Under the pieces are notes generated by a model that worked only from the letters and a program-made list of their open reading frames with translations, was not told the DNA's origin and ran no database searches. The translations under genes and the position numbers were made by a program. From a virus (lineage: Duplodnaviria > Heunggongvirae > Uroviricota > Caudoviricetes): a stretch of 17,464 nucleotides of DNA. The stretch lies in the IMG/VR virus record IMGVR_UViG_2778261165_000010. One strand, written 5' to 3'. This document shows, piece after piece, positions 17,293 through 17,464 of the stretch (positions within the stretch are counted from its first letter, which is position 1; each line of letters starts with the position of its first letter).

Positions 17293-17337
17293 TATTCACC
17301 TCTCGCAGCCTTGCGCTTATCTTCTTTAATCTTGAAA
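17292..17337 (-). pseudogene. 3' remnant of a pinholin (S21-like) gene truncated by IS2
   Basis: The frame ending at TAA (17294..17292, overlapping the endolysin ATG as TAATG) encodes ..[14 protein letters not shown], which from memory resembles the C-terminus of phage 21 pinholin. The frame is broken at 17337/17338 by the IS2 terminus. Confidence 0.6.
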
Positions 17338-17464
17338 TGGATTTGCCCCTATATTTCCAGACATCTGTTATCACTTAACCCATTACAAGCCCGCTGCCGC
17401 AGATATTCCCGTGGCGAGCGATAACCCAGCGCACTATGCGGATGCCATTCGTTATAATGCTCGA
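17338..17464 (-). mobile_element. IS2 insertion sequence, terminal 127 bp (remainder outside window)
   Basis: Plus strand from 17338 reads TGGATTTGCCCCTATATTTCCAGACATCTGTTATCACTTAACCC, which I recognise from memory as the IS2 right terminal inverted repeat. It is followed by the 3' end of the transposase reading frame. Confidence 0.75.
17349..17464 (-). CDS. insD: IS2 transposase OrfB, C-terminal fragment (partial)
   Basis: The minus-strand frame translates to ..[37 protein letters not shown], the conserved C-terminal tail of IS3-family DDE (rve) transposases. The stop is at 17351..17349. Confidence 0.7.

Noticed and set aside
1-17464. tRNA, rRNA or other structured RNA genes
   Set aside because: No region shows the cloverleaf-compatible conserved boxes or an adequate non-coding span; essentially the whole window is protein-coding.

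Overview
The window is the late (lysis, packaging, head, tail) region of a lambdoid siphovirus prophage of an enterobacterial host, with every supported gene on the minus strand. Read in transcription order (high to low coordinates): the 3' end of an IS2 element inserted into a pinholin gene; a SAR endolysin; Rz with embedded Rz1; an AT-rich trkG potassium-transporter moron with its own terminator; a ParB-like protein; a GT-A-like putative glycosyltransferase; a small HTH protein; terminase small and large subunits; portal; Mu F-like head morphogenesis protein; scaffold; major capsid; a 58-aa ORF; a frameshifted head-tail adaptor; head closure; HK97 gp10-like tail completion; tail terminator; major tail tube; G/GT tail assembly chaperones with a canonical A_AAA_AAG -1 slippery site; and the tape measure protein. 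The most likely place for an undescribed accessory system is the ParB-like/GT-A-like gene pair inserted between the lysis cassette and the terminase. The prophage also shows signs of decay (IS2 in the holin, a frameshifted adaptor). All calls come from reading the sequence and ORF translations and from remembered family signatures; no database search was run. Plus-strand ORFs in the track are antisense shadows of minus-strand genes and are not called.
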